DNA from: an uncultured Clostridia bacterium
Lineage (GTDB): Bacteria > Bacillota > Clostridia > TANB77 > CAG-508
Assembly (NCBI GenBank): GCA_944393375.1
Contig: CALXZX010000001.1
Span: 6,988-70,987, forward strand
Reading direction: 5' to 3'
DNA length: 64,000 bases
Shown in pieces: positions 1 through 10,099 of this stretch; the first letter of the stretch is position 1, and the number at the start of each line of letters is the position of its first letter. Made by a program: the position numbers and the translations under genes. A model generated the notes under the pieces. That model was given only the letters and a program-made list of their open reading frames with translations, was not told the DNA's origin and did not search any database.

Positions 1-2307
1 AGTCTCTTTTTCTACATATTTTGCATTTGCTTGTTTAATAAGTTCTTCAGTAATCTTTTCAGGTTCTGAAACATGTTCTTTAATATATGCTAACATATCA
101 ATTCCATAAGTATTTAAGATATCTTGATTTAAAGCTTCTATATTTACTTCGTTATTCTCTGGTTCTACATACATTTGAACAGTAGCTTCTGCAACAGCAT
201 TTATCATATCCATGATATTGTCATGGATATTTTCACCATTTAGTACTTCACGTCTTTGTGCATAAATGATTTCTCTTTGTGCATTCATAACATCATCATA
301 TTTTAATACATTTTTACGAATTGTAAAGTTTCTTCCCTCCACTTTCTTTTGGGCATTTTCAACTGCTCTAGATATAATCTTAGAATCAATTGGCATATTT
401 TCATCTGCACCTAATGAGTTATATACCTTTGTAATCATATCTCCACCAAAGATTTTCATTAAATCATCATCTAAGGCAATATAAAATTTAGATTCACCAA
501 TATCTCCTTGACGTCCAGAACGTCCTCTTAACTGGTTATCAATTCTTCTTGATTCATGTCTTTCTGTTCCGATAATTTTTAATCCACCAGCATCAATTAC
601 TTTTTCTTTTTCTTCTTTAATTTGTTCATCATATTTATTTACTAATTCTTTAAATTGTTTTCTAGCATTTAAAATATCTTCATTGTCTGTCTCATAATAG
701 GTGTTTGCTTCTTCAATTAATTCGTGAGACATTTTCTTTTTTCTCATTTCTTCTTTTGCTAAAAATTCACTGTTTCCACCTAAGATAATATCAGTACCAC
801 GTCCTGCCATGTTTGTTGCAATCGTTACTGCCCCAAACTTACCAGCTTGTGCAACAATTTCTGCCTCTTTTTCATGGTATTTGGCATTTAATACTTCATG
901 CTTGATACCTTCTTGTTTTAATAACTTGCTCAATTTTTCAGATTTTTCAATAGATACTGTACCTACTAGAACTGGTTGACCTTTTTCATGACTTTCTTTG
1001 ATGCTTTTTACAATTGCTCTAAATTTTGCATTTTCATTTTTGTAAATAACATCATTTTCATCTTTACGAATCATTGGTTTATTGGTTGGTATTTCAACAA
1101 CATCTAAGTTATAGATTTCTTCGAATTCTGCTTCTTCTGTCATAGCAGTACCTGTCATACCAGATAATTTATCATACATTCTAAAGTAATTTTGGAATGT
1201 AATCGTTGCTAATGTTTTTGATTCATCTGCAATTTTTACATGCTCTTTTGCTTCAATGGCTTGATGTAATCCATTGTTATATCTTCTTCCATACATGATA
1301 CGACCTGTAAATTCATCAACAATTAATACTTCCCCATCTTTTACGATATAGTCAATATCTTTTTTCATAACACCATATGCTCTTAAAGCTTGATTAACAT
1401 GATGTACTAATGTTGAGTTTTCTAAGTCATTGAAGTTTTCTAATCCAAATGCTTCTTCTGCTTTTTTAATACCTTTTTGTGTTAATGATGCAGATTTTGC
1501 TTTTAAGTCTACGATATAATCATATTTTTCATTATCTTCTGCTTGCTCATAATCTTTTACATCTTCTTCTACGATAACTTTTGGTGTTAGTCTTCTAACA
1601 AAATTATCTGCTTTCTTATATAAATCAGATGATTGATTTGCTCTACCTGAAATAATAAGTGGTGTTCTGGCTTCATCAATTAAAATACTATCAATCTCAT
1701 CAACAATGGCATAATGTAATCCTCTTTGTACTAATTGGTCTTTATAAATAACCATATTATCTCTTAAGTAATCAAATCCAAATTCATTGTTTGTACCATA
1801 TGTTACATCAGCATTATATGCTTTTTGTTTTTCTTTAGGTTCCATTCCTGCAATAACCAATCCAACAGACAACCCTAAGAATTTATATAATTTTCCCATC
1901 CATTCGCTATCTCTTTTTGCTAGGTAATCATTTACTGTAATAACATGAACACCTTTTCCTTCAAGTGCATTTAAGTATACTGGTAATGTAGCAACCAATG
2001 TTTTTCCTTCACCTGTTTTCATTTCTGCAATTCTACCTTGGTGTAATACAATACCACCAATTAATTGTACATCAAAGTGTCTCATACCTAAAACTCTTTT
2101 AGAAGCTTCTCTTACTACTGCATAAGCTTCTGGCAATATATCATCTAATGTTTTACCATCTGCTAATTGTTTCTTAAAATACTCTGTTTTTCCTCTTAAT
2201 TCACTATCACTTAATTTTTCCATTTCTTCTTCAAGTGCATTAATTTTAGCAACTAATGGCTTTACTCTTTTTACTTCCTTCTCACTATATGTTTTAAATA
2301 ATCCCAT
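1..2307 (-). CDS. secA: Preprotein translocase ATPase SecA (C-terminal end lies beyond window start)
   Basis: Reverse-strand translation from ATG at 2305-2307 (RBS aggagg 8 nt upstream) gives [14 protein letters not shown]...[19 protein letters not shown]...[10 protein letters not shown], i.e. SecA DEAD-motor motifs; ORF open to position 1 (not in ORF track because truncated). Confidence 0.93.
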   Translation of the reverse strand, partial: MGLFKTYSEKEVKRVKPLVAKINALEEEMEKLSDSELRGKTEYFKKQLADGKTLDDILPEAYAVVREASKRVLGMRHFDVQLIGGIVLHQGRIAEMKTGEGKTLVATLPVYLNALEGKGVHVITVNDYLAKRDSEWMGKLYKFLGLSVGLVIAGMEPKEKQKAYNADVTYGTNNEFGFDYLRDNMVIYKDQLVQRGLHYAIVDEIDSILIDEARTPLIISGRANQSSDLYKKADNFVRRLTPKVIVEEDVKDYEQAEDNEKYDYIVDLKAKSASLTQKGIKKAEEAFGLENFNDLENSTLVHHVNQALRAYGVMKKDIDYIVKDGEVLIVDEFTGRIMYGRRYNNGLHQAIEAKEHVKIADESKTLATITFQNYFRMYDKLSGMTGTAMTEEAEFEEIYNLDVVEIPTNKPMIRKDENDVIYKNENAKFRAIVKSIKESHEKGQPVLVGTVSIEKSEKLSKLLKQEGIKHEVLNAKYHEKEAEIVAQAGKFGAVTIATNMAGRGTDIILGGNSEFLAKEEMRKKKMSHELIEEANTYYETDNEDILNARKQFKELVNKYDEQIKEEKEKVIDAGGLKIIGTERHESRRIDNQLRGRSGRQGDIGESKFYIALDDDLMKIFGGDMITKVYNSLGADENMPIDSKIISRAVENAQKKVEGRNFTIRKNVLKYDDVMNAQREIIYAQRREVLNGENIHDNIMDMINAVAEATVQMYVEPENNEVNIEALNQDILNTYGIDMLAYIKEHVSEPEKITEELIKQANAKYVEKET

Positions 2308-2526
2308 TGTTAATCGGTCCTCCTAAGTTTATTTTTTACTTTGTTACTATATCACTAAAATCTATTTTTATCAAGTGCTTTAAAAGTATTTATTTAAAAA
2401 TAGAAAACGGCTTGTTATTGCTTAGATGATAAGAAAAAATACTTAATATTATACATTTAAATTAGCATAATAGATTTTTTCATACATATATTTAAATAGC
2501 AAAACTTATGAGAGAAAGGATGTATT

Positions 2527-3075
2527 ATGTTTATATATAATTTTAAAGTAAATGGTAGTAAAGTTTTTAAATATTTTTTTACAGGAATTGTTTTAGTAAT
2601 TATTGTTATTTTAATTTTTGTTAGTATTAAATTATTTGTTGGTGCTAAAAATGATAGGAATGTTTCTAGTTGTATACCCCAAAATGATATTTCTGTTATT
2701 TCTGCAAAAAATTATACCAATGTTTTGAAAGCAGTTCATGAAAATATAGATAATTATGTTGGGGTAAAAATTCAGTTTACAGGCTATGTATATCGTGTGT
2801 TAGATTTAACAGATACCCAATTTATATTAGCAAGAGATATGATTATTTCTTCTGATTTTCAATATGTGATTGTAGGTTTTCTATGCGAATATGAAAATGC
2901 ACAAAGTTTTGAAAATGAAACATGGGTGGAATTAACAGGTGAAATTACAAAAGGTAATTATCATGGTGATATGCCAATTGTAAAAGTAACAGACATGAAA
3001 ACAGTTGATAAACCAAGTGAAGAATATGTATATCCTCCAGATGATACCTATATTCCTACAAATGGTGTGTTATAA
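2527..3075 (+). CDS. Hypothetical membrane-anchored protein (N-terminal TM helix)
   Basis: 182-aa ORF with hydrophobic N-terminus FFTGIVLVIIVILIFVSI; no family recognised. Confidence 0.45.
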   Translation: MFIYNFKVNGSKVFKYFFTGIVLVIIVILIFVSIKLFVGAKNDRNVSSCIPQNDISVISAKNYTNVLKAVHENIDNYVGVKIQFTGYVYRVLDLTDTQFILARDMIISSDFQYVIVGFLCEYENAQSFENETWVELTGEITKGNYHGDMPIVKVTDMKTVDKPSEEYVYPPDDTYIPTNGVL

Positions 3076-3081
3076 AAGCTA

Positions 3082-3105
3082 AAAAATACCCTTATAGGGT
3101 ATTTT
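3082..3105. terminator. Bidirectional intrinsic terminator hairpin between convergent genes
   Basis: aaaataccc-ttat-agggtatttt palindrome flanked by A/T runs between ORF ending 3075 (+) and gene ending 3114 (-). Confidence 0.5.
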
Positions 3106-3113
3106 ATTTTTTT

Positions 3114-3712
3114 CTAATTTTTATAATTACTAGAAATTCTTTTTTCTAACATTTTTACATTACTATATACTTCATTCCAATCAAATACTCTATTAATGTT
3201 ATTTCCAATACATTGTTTATTGTAATAAGTATCAAGTACAATAACAGGAATAAATTCAGACATTTCATTTATATATTGAGGATCATCTTCCATTAAAATA
3301 TCTAATTTGTTTTCAATGCAAAAAGGTTTTTTTTCAATTTTTCCTACTAATAATTTATCATAAACAATTCCATGTTCTTTCAAAAATTTTTCCGTGGTTT
3401 CATAAGGTGTTTTAAACATTGGAACAGCTCTTGATGATATAATATAAATTTTATGTCCTTCATCTTTTAGTTTTCTAATTACTTCTTTTGAATTTTCTTT
3501 AACTTGGGCTTGTAATACAGCTTCCTCTAAATATCTTATACAAAAATCCATATTTTCTTCTGGTGTCCAGTCACACAAATTATAGCTCGCAAATCCATCT
3601 TCGTGCATTTTTAAATCTCTTTTTACAACTGTATCATTATATCTTTTACAATATTTTTTAATATGGGTGTTGTGTCTGTTATAGTATTATCAATATCAAT
3701 TCCTATATTCAT
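3114..3712 (-). pseudogene. HAD-superfamily 5'(3')-deoxyribonucleotidase-like hydrolase, frameshifted in an A6/T6 homopolymer
   Basis: N-terminal 29 codons MNIGIDIDNTITDTTPILKNIV... (HAD motif I DxDxT) start at 3712 with RBS aggagg and hit a stop; the downstream 164-aa ORF (3114-3608) continues in the +1 frame. One extra A in the tract at 3654-3659 would give a continuous MNIGIDIDNTITDTTPILKKYCKRYNDTVVKRDLKMHEDGF... Confidence 0.6.
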
Positions 3713-3780
3713 ATTTTCCTCCTTAATTATTTATCATTGCTTAAAATTATACCACAAAATATACTTTCTTTCAATAAAAA

Positions 3781-3820
3781 TAGTTTTATCTAAAAGTAGT
3801 TTTATCTAAAAGTAGTTTTT
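3781..3820. repeat. Tandem direct repeat, 16-bp unit tagttttatctaaaag x2.5
   Basis: Exact copies at 3781-3796 and 3797-3812 plus a partial third; 80 bp upstream of guaA start. Confidence 0.7.
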
Positions 3821-3900
3821 GTTTATATATCGTAGGTTTTTATTTACTTTATCGACAAATTGTGATATTATATATACATATTTTAAATTCGGAGGTAAAT

Positions 3901-5439
3901 ATGAAAGAAAATGAATTAATTTTAATCTTAGACTTTGGTGGACAATACAATCAATTAATTGCAAGAAGGGTTAGAGAATGTAATGTGTATTCTGAAGTTG
4001 TACCATACAATATTTCTATCGAAAAAATTAAAGAGAAAAATCCAAAAGGAATTATTTTTACAGGTGGACCTGCAAGTGTATATGGAGAAGATTCCCCTAA
4101 ATGTGCAGAAGGTATTTTTGATTTAGGTATTCCTGTTTTAGGAATTTGTTATGGTATGCAATTAATGACCTATACTTTAGGAGGAAATGTAGCAAGAGCA
4201 AATACAAGAGAATATGGGACAACTAAAGTAAACATTGATAACACATCTTCCCTATTCCAAGGATTTGAAACAACAAATGATTTCTTAATGAGTCATACAG
4301 ATTTTGTATCAGAGGTACCAAATGGGTTTAAAAATATTGGTTCAACAGACCATTGTCCAAATGCAGCAATGGAAAATGTAGAGAAAAAACTATATGGTAT
4401 TCAATTCCATCCAGAAGTAAACTTATCTGTTAATGGAACACAAGTGATTAAGAATTTCTTATTTAACATTTGTGGCTGTTCTGGAGATTGGCAAATTTCT
4501 TCTTTTGTAGAAGATAGCATTAAAACTTTAAAAGAAAAAATTGGAGATAAAAAAGCTTTATGTGCCCTATCTGGTGGTGTTGATTCATCTGTTGCAGCTG
4601 TATTGTTACATAAAGCAATTGGTAAAAACTTAACTTGTATCTTTGTTGATCACGGACTACTTCGTAAAAACGAAGGTGACGAAGTTGAAGAAGTTTTCAG
4701 AAATCAATTTGATATTAATTTAATTAGAGTAAATGCGAAAGACAGATTCTTAGCCAAACTTGCTGGTGTTACTGATCCAGAAAGAAAGAGAAAAATTATC
4801 GGAGAAGAATTTATTAGAGTTTTTGAAGAAGAAGCTAAAAAAATTGGAACTGTAGACTTTTTAGTACAAGGTACTATCTACCCTGATGTTATCGAAAGTG
4901 GTTTAGGAAAAAGTTCTGTTATTAAAAGTCATCACAATGTTGGAGGGCTTCCAGATTATGTAGATTTCAAAGAAATTGTAGAACCGTTAAGAAATCTATT
5001 TAAAGATGAAGTTAGAAAAACAGGATTAGAATTAGGAATACCAGAAAACTTAGTATTTAGACAACCATTCCCTGGACCTGGACTAGCTATTAGAGTGATT
5101 GGAGATATTACTGAGGATAAATTAGATATCCTAAAAGAAGCAGATAGCATTTTTAGAGAAGAAATTGCAAATGCTGGACTTCATAAATCTATTAATCAAT
5201 ACTTTGCAGTACTAACAAATTTAAAATCTGTTGGTGTTATGGGTGATGAAAGAACTTATGATTACACCATTGCCCTACGTGCAGTAGAAACGACAGATTT
5301 CATGACTGGCGTTTGGAGCAAAATTCCTTATGAAATACTAGAAAAAGTTTCTTCAAGAATTGTTAATGAAGTAAAACATGTTAATAGAGTAGTTTATGAT
5401 ATTACTTCAAAACCACCTGCAACAATTGAATGGGAATAA
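3901..5439 (+). CDS. guaA: GMP synthase (glutamine-hydrolysing)
   Basis: [26 protein letters not shown]... GATase domain plus ATP-PPase SGGVDSSV motif; RBS ggaggtaaat before ATG 3901 (track ORF starts earlier at 3862). Confidence 0.95.
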   Translation: MKENELILILDFGGQYNQLIARRVRECNVYSEVVPYNISIEKIKEKNPKGIIFTGGPASVYGEDSPKCAEGIFDLGIPVLGICYGMQLMTYTLGGNVARANTREYGTTKVNIDNTSSLFQGFETTNDFLMSHTDFVSEVPNGFKNIGSTDHCPNAAMENVEKKLYGIQFHPEVNLSVNGTQVIKNFLFNICGCSGDWQISSFVEDSIKTLKEKIGDKKALCALSGGVDSSVAAVLLHKAIGKNLTCIFVDHGLLRKNEGDEVEEVFRNQFDINLIRVNAKDRFLAKLAGVTDPERKRKIIGEEFIRVFEEEAKKIGTVDFLVQGTIYPDVIESGLGKSSVIKSHHNVGGLPDYVDFKEIVEPLRNLFKDEVRKTGLELGIPENLVFRQPFPGPGLAIRVIGDITEDKLDILKEADSIFREEIANAGLHKSINQYFAVLTNLKSVGVMGDERTYDYTIALRAVETTDFMTGVWSKIPYEILEKVSSRIVNEVKHVNRVVYDITSKPPATIEWE

Positions 5440-5447
5440 AATGAAAA

Positions 5448-5552
5448 GGGAAATTGGGGACGGACTCATTTTTCCCTTTTTTTGTATAATATTTTAGTAA
5501 ACAATTAAAACTTAAATAAAAAAGGGAAAAATGAGTCCGTCCCCAATTTCCC
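5448..5552. repeat. 29-bp perfect inverted repeat pair (5448-5476 and 5524-5552) separated by 47 bp AT-rich spacer; likely bidirectional terminator / MITE-like element
   Basis: gggaaattggggacggactcatttttccc and its exact reverse complement gggaaaaatgagtccgtccccaatttccc; each arm also has an internal gggaaa...tttccc hairpin followed by T-run; sits between convergent guaA and AI-2E transporter gene. Confidence 0.65.
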
Positions 5553-5559
5553 GATTGTT

Positions 5560-6657
5560 TCATTTTTTATCAAAAATGGTTTTAAATACACCTTGGTCAA
5601 TCAAATTAGCAAATATATTCTTAATAATGATTAAAGCAATTGGTCCTAATAATAACCCTATAACTCCTGTTATTTTAAATCCTGTATACATAGCAATTAA
5701 AGTAAAAATCGGATGAACACCAATATTTTTACTAACTAACTTTGGCTCTAAGAATTGTCTTACAATAGACATAATAATAAACAAGGTAACAATGGCTATT
5801 CCTAAAGATAAATCACCATTTAGTCCAGAAATAATCGCCCATGGAACCATAACTGTTCCAGAACCTAAAATCGGAAGTGCATCAACAAAACCAATAAACA
5901 GTGCCATTAATAAAGGATACTGTATATTAAATTTTAAAAAAGATAATATATATAATCCTACTAAAGAAATAATAAATGAAACTAAAATCAAAGTTACTTC
6001 TGCTTTTAAATATCCACCTAATGTTTGAATCAAATCTTTTAAATGTGTACTTAATCTTTTTACCCATGCTTTTGGCAAATGATATTCTATTTGGTCTAAA
6101 ATATATATTTTATCAACACAAATAAAATATAATGCTAATATTGTAATTCCAACACATATTGCTATTTCGGGTATCTTTGTAACTATATTAATTAAACCAT
6201 TTAAGGCATTTCTTAGCCAATTCGATATGGTTTGTAAAAAATCTCCACTCGATTCTTGAACAATATTTAATATTTCATCAGATAATTTAATTTTATCAAA
6301 ATGAAATTGCTCAATAAATCCTTGTAATTGAATAGATACTTTATCTACATAGTCATTTAATCCTTGTAATAAACTAGATGATTCTGAAAATAATGTCACA
6401 ATAATCCATGCTAATATTCCTAAAATAATAGCAGATACAAGGATAAAAATAATAATAGAGCTAGTCCTTCTGGTTAATTTTGTTTTTCGCATGATGAATT
6501 TTATGAGAGGTTCTATGATTAGTGAAATAATAAATGCTATTAAAAAAGGCATATAAAAAATAGATAATTTTAATGCAACATACAAACCTAATATTAATAA
6601 TAAAACATATATGATATTTTTTAATACTCTTGTCCAATATGGTATATTTACAATCAT
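5560..6657 (-). CDS. AI-2E family transporter (UPF0118; YtvI-like sporulation integral membrane protein)
   Basis: 365-aa polytopic membrane protein with AI-2E-type C-terminal region ...GSGTVMVPWAIISGLNGD... Confidence 0.7.
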   Translation of the reverse strand: MIVNIPYWTRVLKNIIYVLLLILGLYVALKLSIFYMPFLIAFIISLIIEPLIKFIMRKTKLTRRTSSIIIFILVSAIILGILAWIIVTLFSESSSLLQGLNDYVDKVSIQLQGFIEQFHFDKIKLSDEILNIVQESSGDFLQTISNWLRNALNGLINIVTKIPEIAICVGITILALYFICVDKIYILDQIEYHLPKAWVKRLSTHLKDLIQTLGGYLKAEVTLILVSFIISLVGLYILSFLKFNIQYPLLMALFIGFVDALPILGSGTVMVPWAIISGLNGDLSLGIAIVTLFIIMSIVRQFLEPKLVSKNIGVHPIFTLIAMYTGFKITGVIGLLLGPIALIIIKNIFANLIDQGVFKTIFDKK

Positions 6658-6830
6658 CTCTCCCCCTCCCTCTTATGGTGAATCTATAAATTTTTATAAT
6701 TTCAAATCAAATTTAATTTCATTATTTATTATATGTATCATAAAATTTTATATACGAATAAAAAAAGAAAAACAGTAGAATTCGTTCTATATCATTAACA
6801 AAATTCTACTGTTATAAAAATATTTGCTAA

Positions 6831-7277
6831 CTATTCTGCATTTTTATTTGTATCACAATCACAAACATCTTCAAATGTAATACAAATTTCTCTATCGTCT
6901 AGTTTCGCTCTATTTTGTGCAATATCTCCTAATGTTAATATTCCAACAACTTTTTTATTACTATCACAAACAGGTAATCTTCTTACTTTGTTTGTTCCCA
7001 TTTTATTTTCAGCATTTGCCATATCTTCATCTTCTTCACAAGTACATACATTTGTTGACATGATATCACTTACCGGTGTTGATTTTACATCTTTATCGCA
7101 AGCAATACTTCTTAAAATGATATCTCTATCTGTTACAATACCACATAAACAATTATTTGTATCACAAACAGGTATTGAACCAATATGATTTTTACTCATT
7201 AATTTTGCAACATCACATATTGTTGTTTCTGGTTTCACACAACAAACATCTGTACACATACAATCTTTAACCTTCAT
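6831..7277 (-). CDS. CBS-pair domain protein, unusually cysteine-rich
   Basis: Tandem CBS-like motifs (DVAKLM..., GSIPVCD..GIVTDRDIILR, RLPVCDSNKKVVGILTLGDI) with 15 Cys in ~150 aa; ATG at 7275-7277 preceded by aaaggtgg. Confidence 0.7.
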   Translation of the reverse strand: MKVKDCMCTDVCCVKPETTICDVAKLMSKNHIGSIPVCDTNNCLCGIVTDRDIILRSIACDKDVKSTPVSDIMSTNVCTCEEDEDMANAENKMGTNKVRRLPVCDSNKKVVGILTLGDIAQNRAKLDDREICITFEDVCDCDTNKNAE

Positions 7278-7393
7278 TTTCTTTACCACCTTTCAAAATT
7301 TCTCCTATTTATTTTTTACATTTTTTAAATTTCTATTCAAAGTTAATTTTGAAAAATTGGTAAAATTTTCATTTTTTAGATAAAAATGATTTT

Positions 7394-8020
7394 TTAATAT
7401 TCATAGATATCATATAAAGGTTGATAGTTTCTAGGCATGATTGGTGGTCTCATTGGTGGACGTGGATTATGTGGTGGTCTTGGTGGAAAATGATTATGAG
7501 GTCTTCCTAATAATTCTCTAATTAACAATATTTTTATCAAATCTCTCAAATTATTATTTCTAGGACTTCTTCTATTTTCCGTTTCCATTTTTCTACTTTC
7601 AACTTCTTGTTTTTCAGAACTTTTCTTTTGAACACCTTCTTTATGTATCTCATTTCGGTTTTGAGTGTTGGAATTGGTTGTAGAAACTGTATTTCCTAAA
7701 TTAATATTGACATTAATCTGATTGTTATCTTCTATTGCTGAATAAATTTCATCAGTCATTCGTTCAATTTCTTCTCTGCTATTTGCTCCCATATTCCCTT
7801 CACAAGCTTTTTTAACCATTGGATATATAATTTTATATATCTCAGGATAAAAGTCTTCTAAATCATTTCTCATGTTTATTTGAGATGGATTTTGATATTC
7901 ATTTTGATACATTTGATTTTGATTCATATTTGTTGTACTTGGATATCCTAAAACACTTCTTATGTATTCTTCATATTGGTTATCATACATTTCTAATTCC
8001 TCCTTATTTATTTTATACAA
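7394..8020 (-). CDS. Hypothetical protein with Pro/Arg-rich C-terminal tail (possibly spore-associated)
   Basis: 208-aa ORF, acidic/Tyr/Gln-rich N-half, C-terminus PRPPHNPRPPMRPPIMPR; no confident family. Confidence 0.45.
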   Translation of the reverse strand: MYKINKEELEMYDNQYEEYIRSVLGYPSTTNMNQNQMYQNEYQNPSQINMRNDLEDFYPEIYKIIYPMVKKACEGNMGANSREEIERMTDEIYSAIEDNNQINVNINLGNTVSTTNSNTQNRNEIHKEGVQKKSSEKQEVESRKMETENRRSPRNNNLRDLIKILLIRELLGRPHNHFPPRPPHNPRPPMRPPIMPRNYQPLYDIYEY

Positions 8021-8124
8021 GATATGTTGATAACCTCTAAAAGGTGCATAAAATTTAACTTTTTTGTGATTTTGTGGTATAATTATATTGATGCTTAAAG
8101 GTTACTATTTATAGGAGGTGCCAC

Positions 8125-8295
8125 ATGATAGATGAAGTTAAAATAATTTTCGAAGAATGGGCTGATAATCTGCCTATTTTAAGGAAACTGCAACTGGCTA
8201 ACCAAATTCTCTTTATTTCTAAGACTTTGATAGAATTGAGTTCTAGAGAAAGGAGAATTGTGAAAGAAGCTGAAAGTTTTCTTTACAATGAATAG
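8125..8295 (+). CDS. Small hypothetical protein (56 aa)
   Basis: ATG at 8125 preceded by ataggaggtg RBS; MIDEVKIIFEEWADNLPILRKLQLANQILFISKTLIELSSRERRIVKEAESFLYNE; followed by hairpin 8310-8333; below track length cut-off. Confidence 0.35.
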   Translation: MIDEVKIIFEEWADNLPILRKLQLANQILFISKTLIELSSRERRIVKEAESFLYNE

Positions 8296-8309
8296 TATCC
8301 GGTAGAAAA

Positions 8310-8333
8310 CGGGAACCTGCAATATGGTTCCCG
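8310..8333. terminator. Hairpin cgggaacc-N8-ggttcccg, probable shared terminator for small ORF (+) and murD (-)
   Basis: 8-bp GC-containing stem seen directly; T-run follows on + strand a few nt later. Confidence 0.4.
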
Positions 8334-8349
8334 TGTAATTATATATTTT

Positions 8350-9753
8350 TTACTTTAAATTTCTTACTAAATTCTTAAATTGATTTCCCCTATCTGCGAA
8401 ATTCTTAAACATATCAAAACTTGCACTAGCAGGAGAAAATAGAACAACATCTCCACTTTTAGCATTTTTTCTTGCAATTGGGATAGTTTCTTCTAATGTT
8501 TCACACATATAAATATCTAAATTCTTATTTTCTTTTTCCAATTCTTCTTTTACAGCATCATAAATTTTTCCTGCCGTTTGCCCAATCAAGATCAATGTTT
8601 TTACTTTGTCAATAATTGTTTTTGCAAGAGGTGTGTAATCTAAGTTTTTGTCATATCCACCTGCAATCAAAACAATCTTTTCTTTAAAGGCATTTAATCC
8701 AGATAAAGTTCTAGAAGGTGAAGAACTTGCAGAATCATTATACCATTTTACCCCATCGATTTCTTCTACAAATTCAATTCTATGTTCTACAGGTTTAAAC
8801 TCTTTGATTGCTTTTACAGCAGTTTCTATATCCACTAAACTTGCTGTTGCAGCAATGGCTGTTGCAATATTTTGATAATTATGATTTCCTCTTAAAATGA
8901 CGTCATCTGTATTTAAAATATGTTTTCTGACTTTATCGTCACATTCTTTTATTACATCTTCATCAACAATATATCCATTGTCTAATTTTGTTTGACCACT
9001 AAAGAAGATAACTTTTCCATTTGCCTCTTTTGCACATTCTCTTGTAATTTCATTATCATAATTTAAAACTAAAATTCCATTTTCATTTTGGTATTTGAAA
9101 ATATTTTTCTTAGCGTCAATATATTCTTGATAATCTTTATGAATATTTAAATGATTTGGTGTTATATTAGTAATAACAGCAATTTGTGGACTCACTTCCA
9201 TTCCCATTAATTGAAAACTACTTAATTCTAAAACAACCATATCTTCAGGTGTCATTTCTGATAGTTTTGTAAATAATGGTGTTCCAATATTTCCTCCTAA
9301 AAATGTTTTATATCCAGCTTTTTGTAAAATACTATTTATTAAACTTGTTGTTGTTGTTTTACCATCACTTCCGGTTACACCAATTACCTTTGCTGGACAC
9401 ATTTGCATTAATAATTCTACTTCGGTTGTTATCAATGCACCTCTATTGGATTCTTCTACCAATTCAGGTTTTGTTGGTAAACAACTAGGAGAACGAAAAA
9501 TTACATTGAAATTTTTCAAATGTTGCAAGCAATCTTTTCCAAAATGTATCATAAATCCATAATTGGTAATTTTTTCAACAATATTCCTAGGAATTTGATT
9601 ATATTCTCTTTCATCAAATATGGTTACATTTGCTTTTTTATCATATAAATAATCTAAAAGTGGTAAATTACTAACACCTAATCCTATTATAGCCACTTTT
9701 CTATATCTTATGTAATCATTGAACTCATTTAATTTTTCATTGTTATAACTCAT
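8350..9753 (-). CDS. murD: UDP-N-acetylmuramoylalanine--D-glutamate ligase
   Basis: GVTGSDGKTTTTSLIN P-loop and Mur ligase architecture, 467 aa. Confidence 0.9.
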   Translation of the reverse strand: MSYNNEKLNEFNDYIRYRKVAIIGLGVSNLPLLDYLYDKKANVTIFDEREYNQIPRNIVEKITNYGFMIHFGKDCLQHLKNFNVIFRSPSCLPTKPELVEESNRGALITTEVELLMQMCPAKVIGVTGSDGKTTTTSLINSILQKAGYKTFLGGNIGTPLFTKLSEMTPEDMVVLELSSFQLMGMEVSPQIAVITNITPNHLNIHKDYQEYIDAKKNIFKYQNENGILVLNYDNEITRECAKEANGKVIFFSGQTKLDNGYIVDEDVIKECDDKVRKHILNTDDVILRGNHNYQNIATAIAATASLVDIETAVKAIKEFKPVEHRIEFVEEIDGVKWYNDSASSSPSRTLSGLNAFKEKIVLIAGGYDKNLDYTPLAKTIIDKVKTLILIGQTAGKIYDAVKEELEKENKNLDIYMCETLEETIPIARKNAKSGDVVLFSPASASFDMFKNFADRGNQFKNLVRNLK

Positions 9754-9926
9754 TTGTTAATCCTCCTAAAATTTTAATATTATTTAATTATTAATTTTTA
9801 TTTTACATATCAATTATCTTTATATTTGATATTATATATCAATTATATAAAAAAAACAAATAATGGGTGAATATTTTTTTATAGATTCGTACAAAATAGT
9901 AATATACTTTGAGGAGGTGCTTGTAT

Positions 9927-10016
9927 ATGAGTAAGAAAAAGAAAGAAAATAAAAATAATAATAATTCAAATAATCAAAACAACAATAATGAAAGACAAAA
10001 TAATAATAACAAATAA
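9927..10016 (+). CDS. Possible small Lys/Asn-rich peptide (29 aa)
   Basis: Strong RBS gaggaggtg 7 nt before ATG; MSKKKKENKNNNNSNNQNNNNERQNNNNK; followed by imperfect hairpin 10029-10065; low-complexity so uncertain. Confidence 0.25.
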   Translation: MSKKKKENKNNNNSNNQNNNNERQNNNNK

Positions 10017-10099
10017 CATGTTAAAGAGACAATTTGAAGATAATTCTAATTGCCTCTTTTTTTATATATAGGATTTTTAATAAAATATATATTTTTGTC

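Noticed and set aside
266-484. 72-aa plus-strand ORF
   Set aside because: Lies antisense inside secA, whose minus-strand frame is strongly supported.
3720-3900. Searched for a purine riboswitch upstream of guaA
   Set aside because: No recognisable riboswitch core motifs; only the tandem 16-mer and promoter-like hexamers.
4956-5150. 64-aa minus-strand ORF inside guaA
   Set aside because: Antisense to a well-supported gene; no RBS.
5531-6028. Plus-strand ORFs 5531-5716 and 5792-6028
   Set aside because: Antisense to the AI-2E transporter gene and overlapping the inverted repeat; hydrophobic mirror-frame artefacts.
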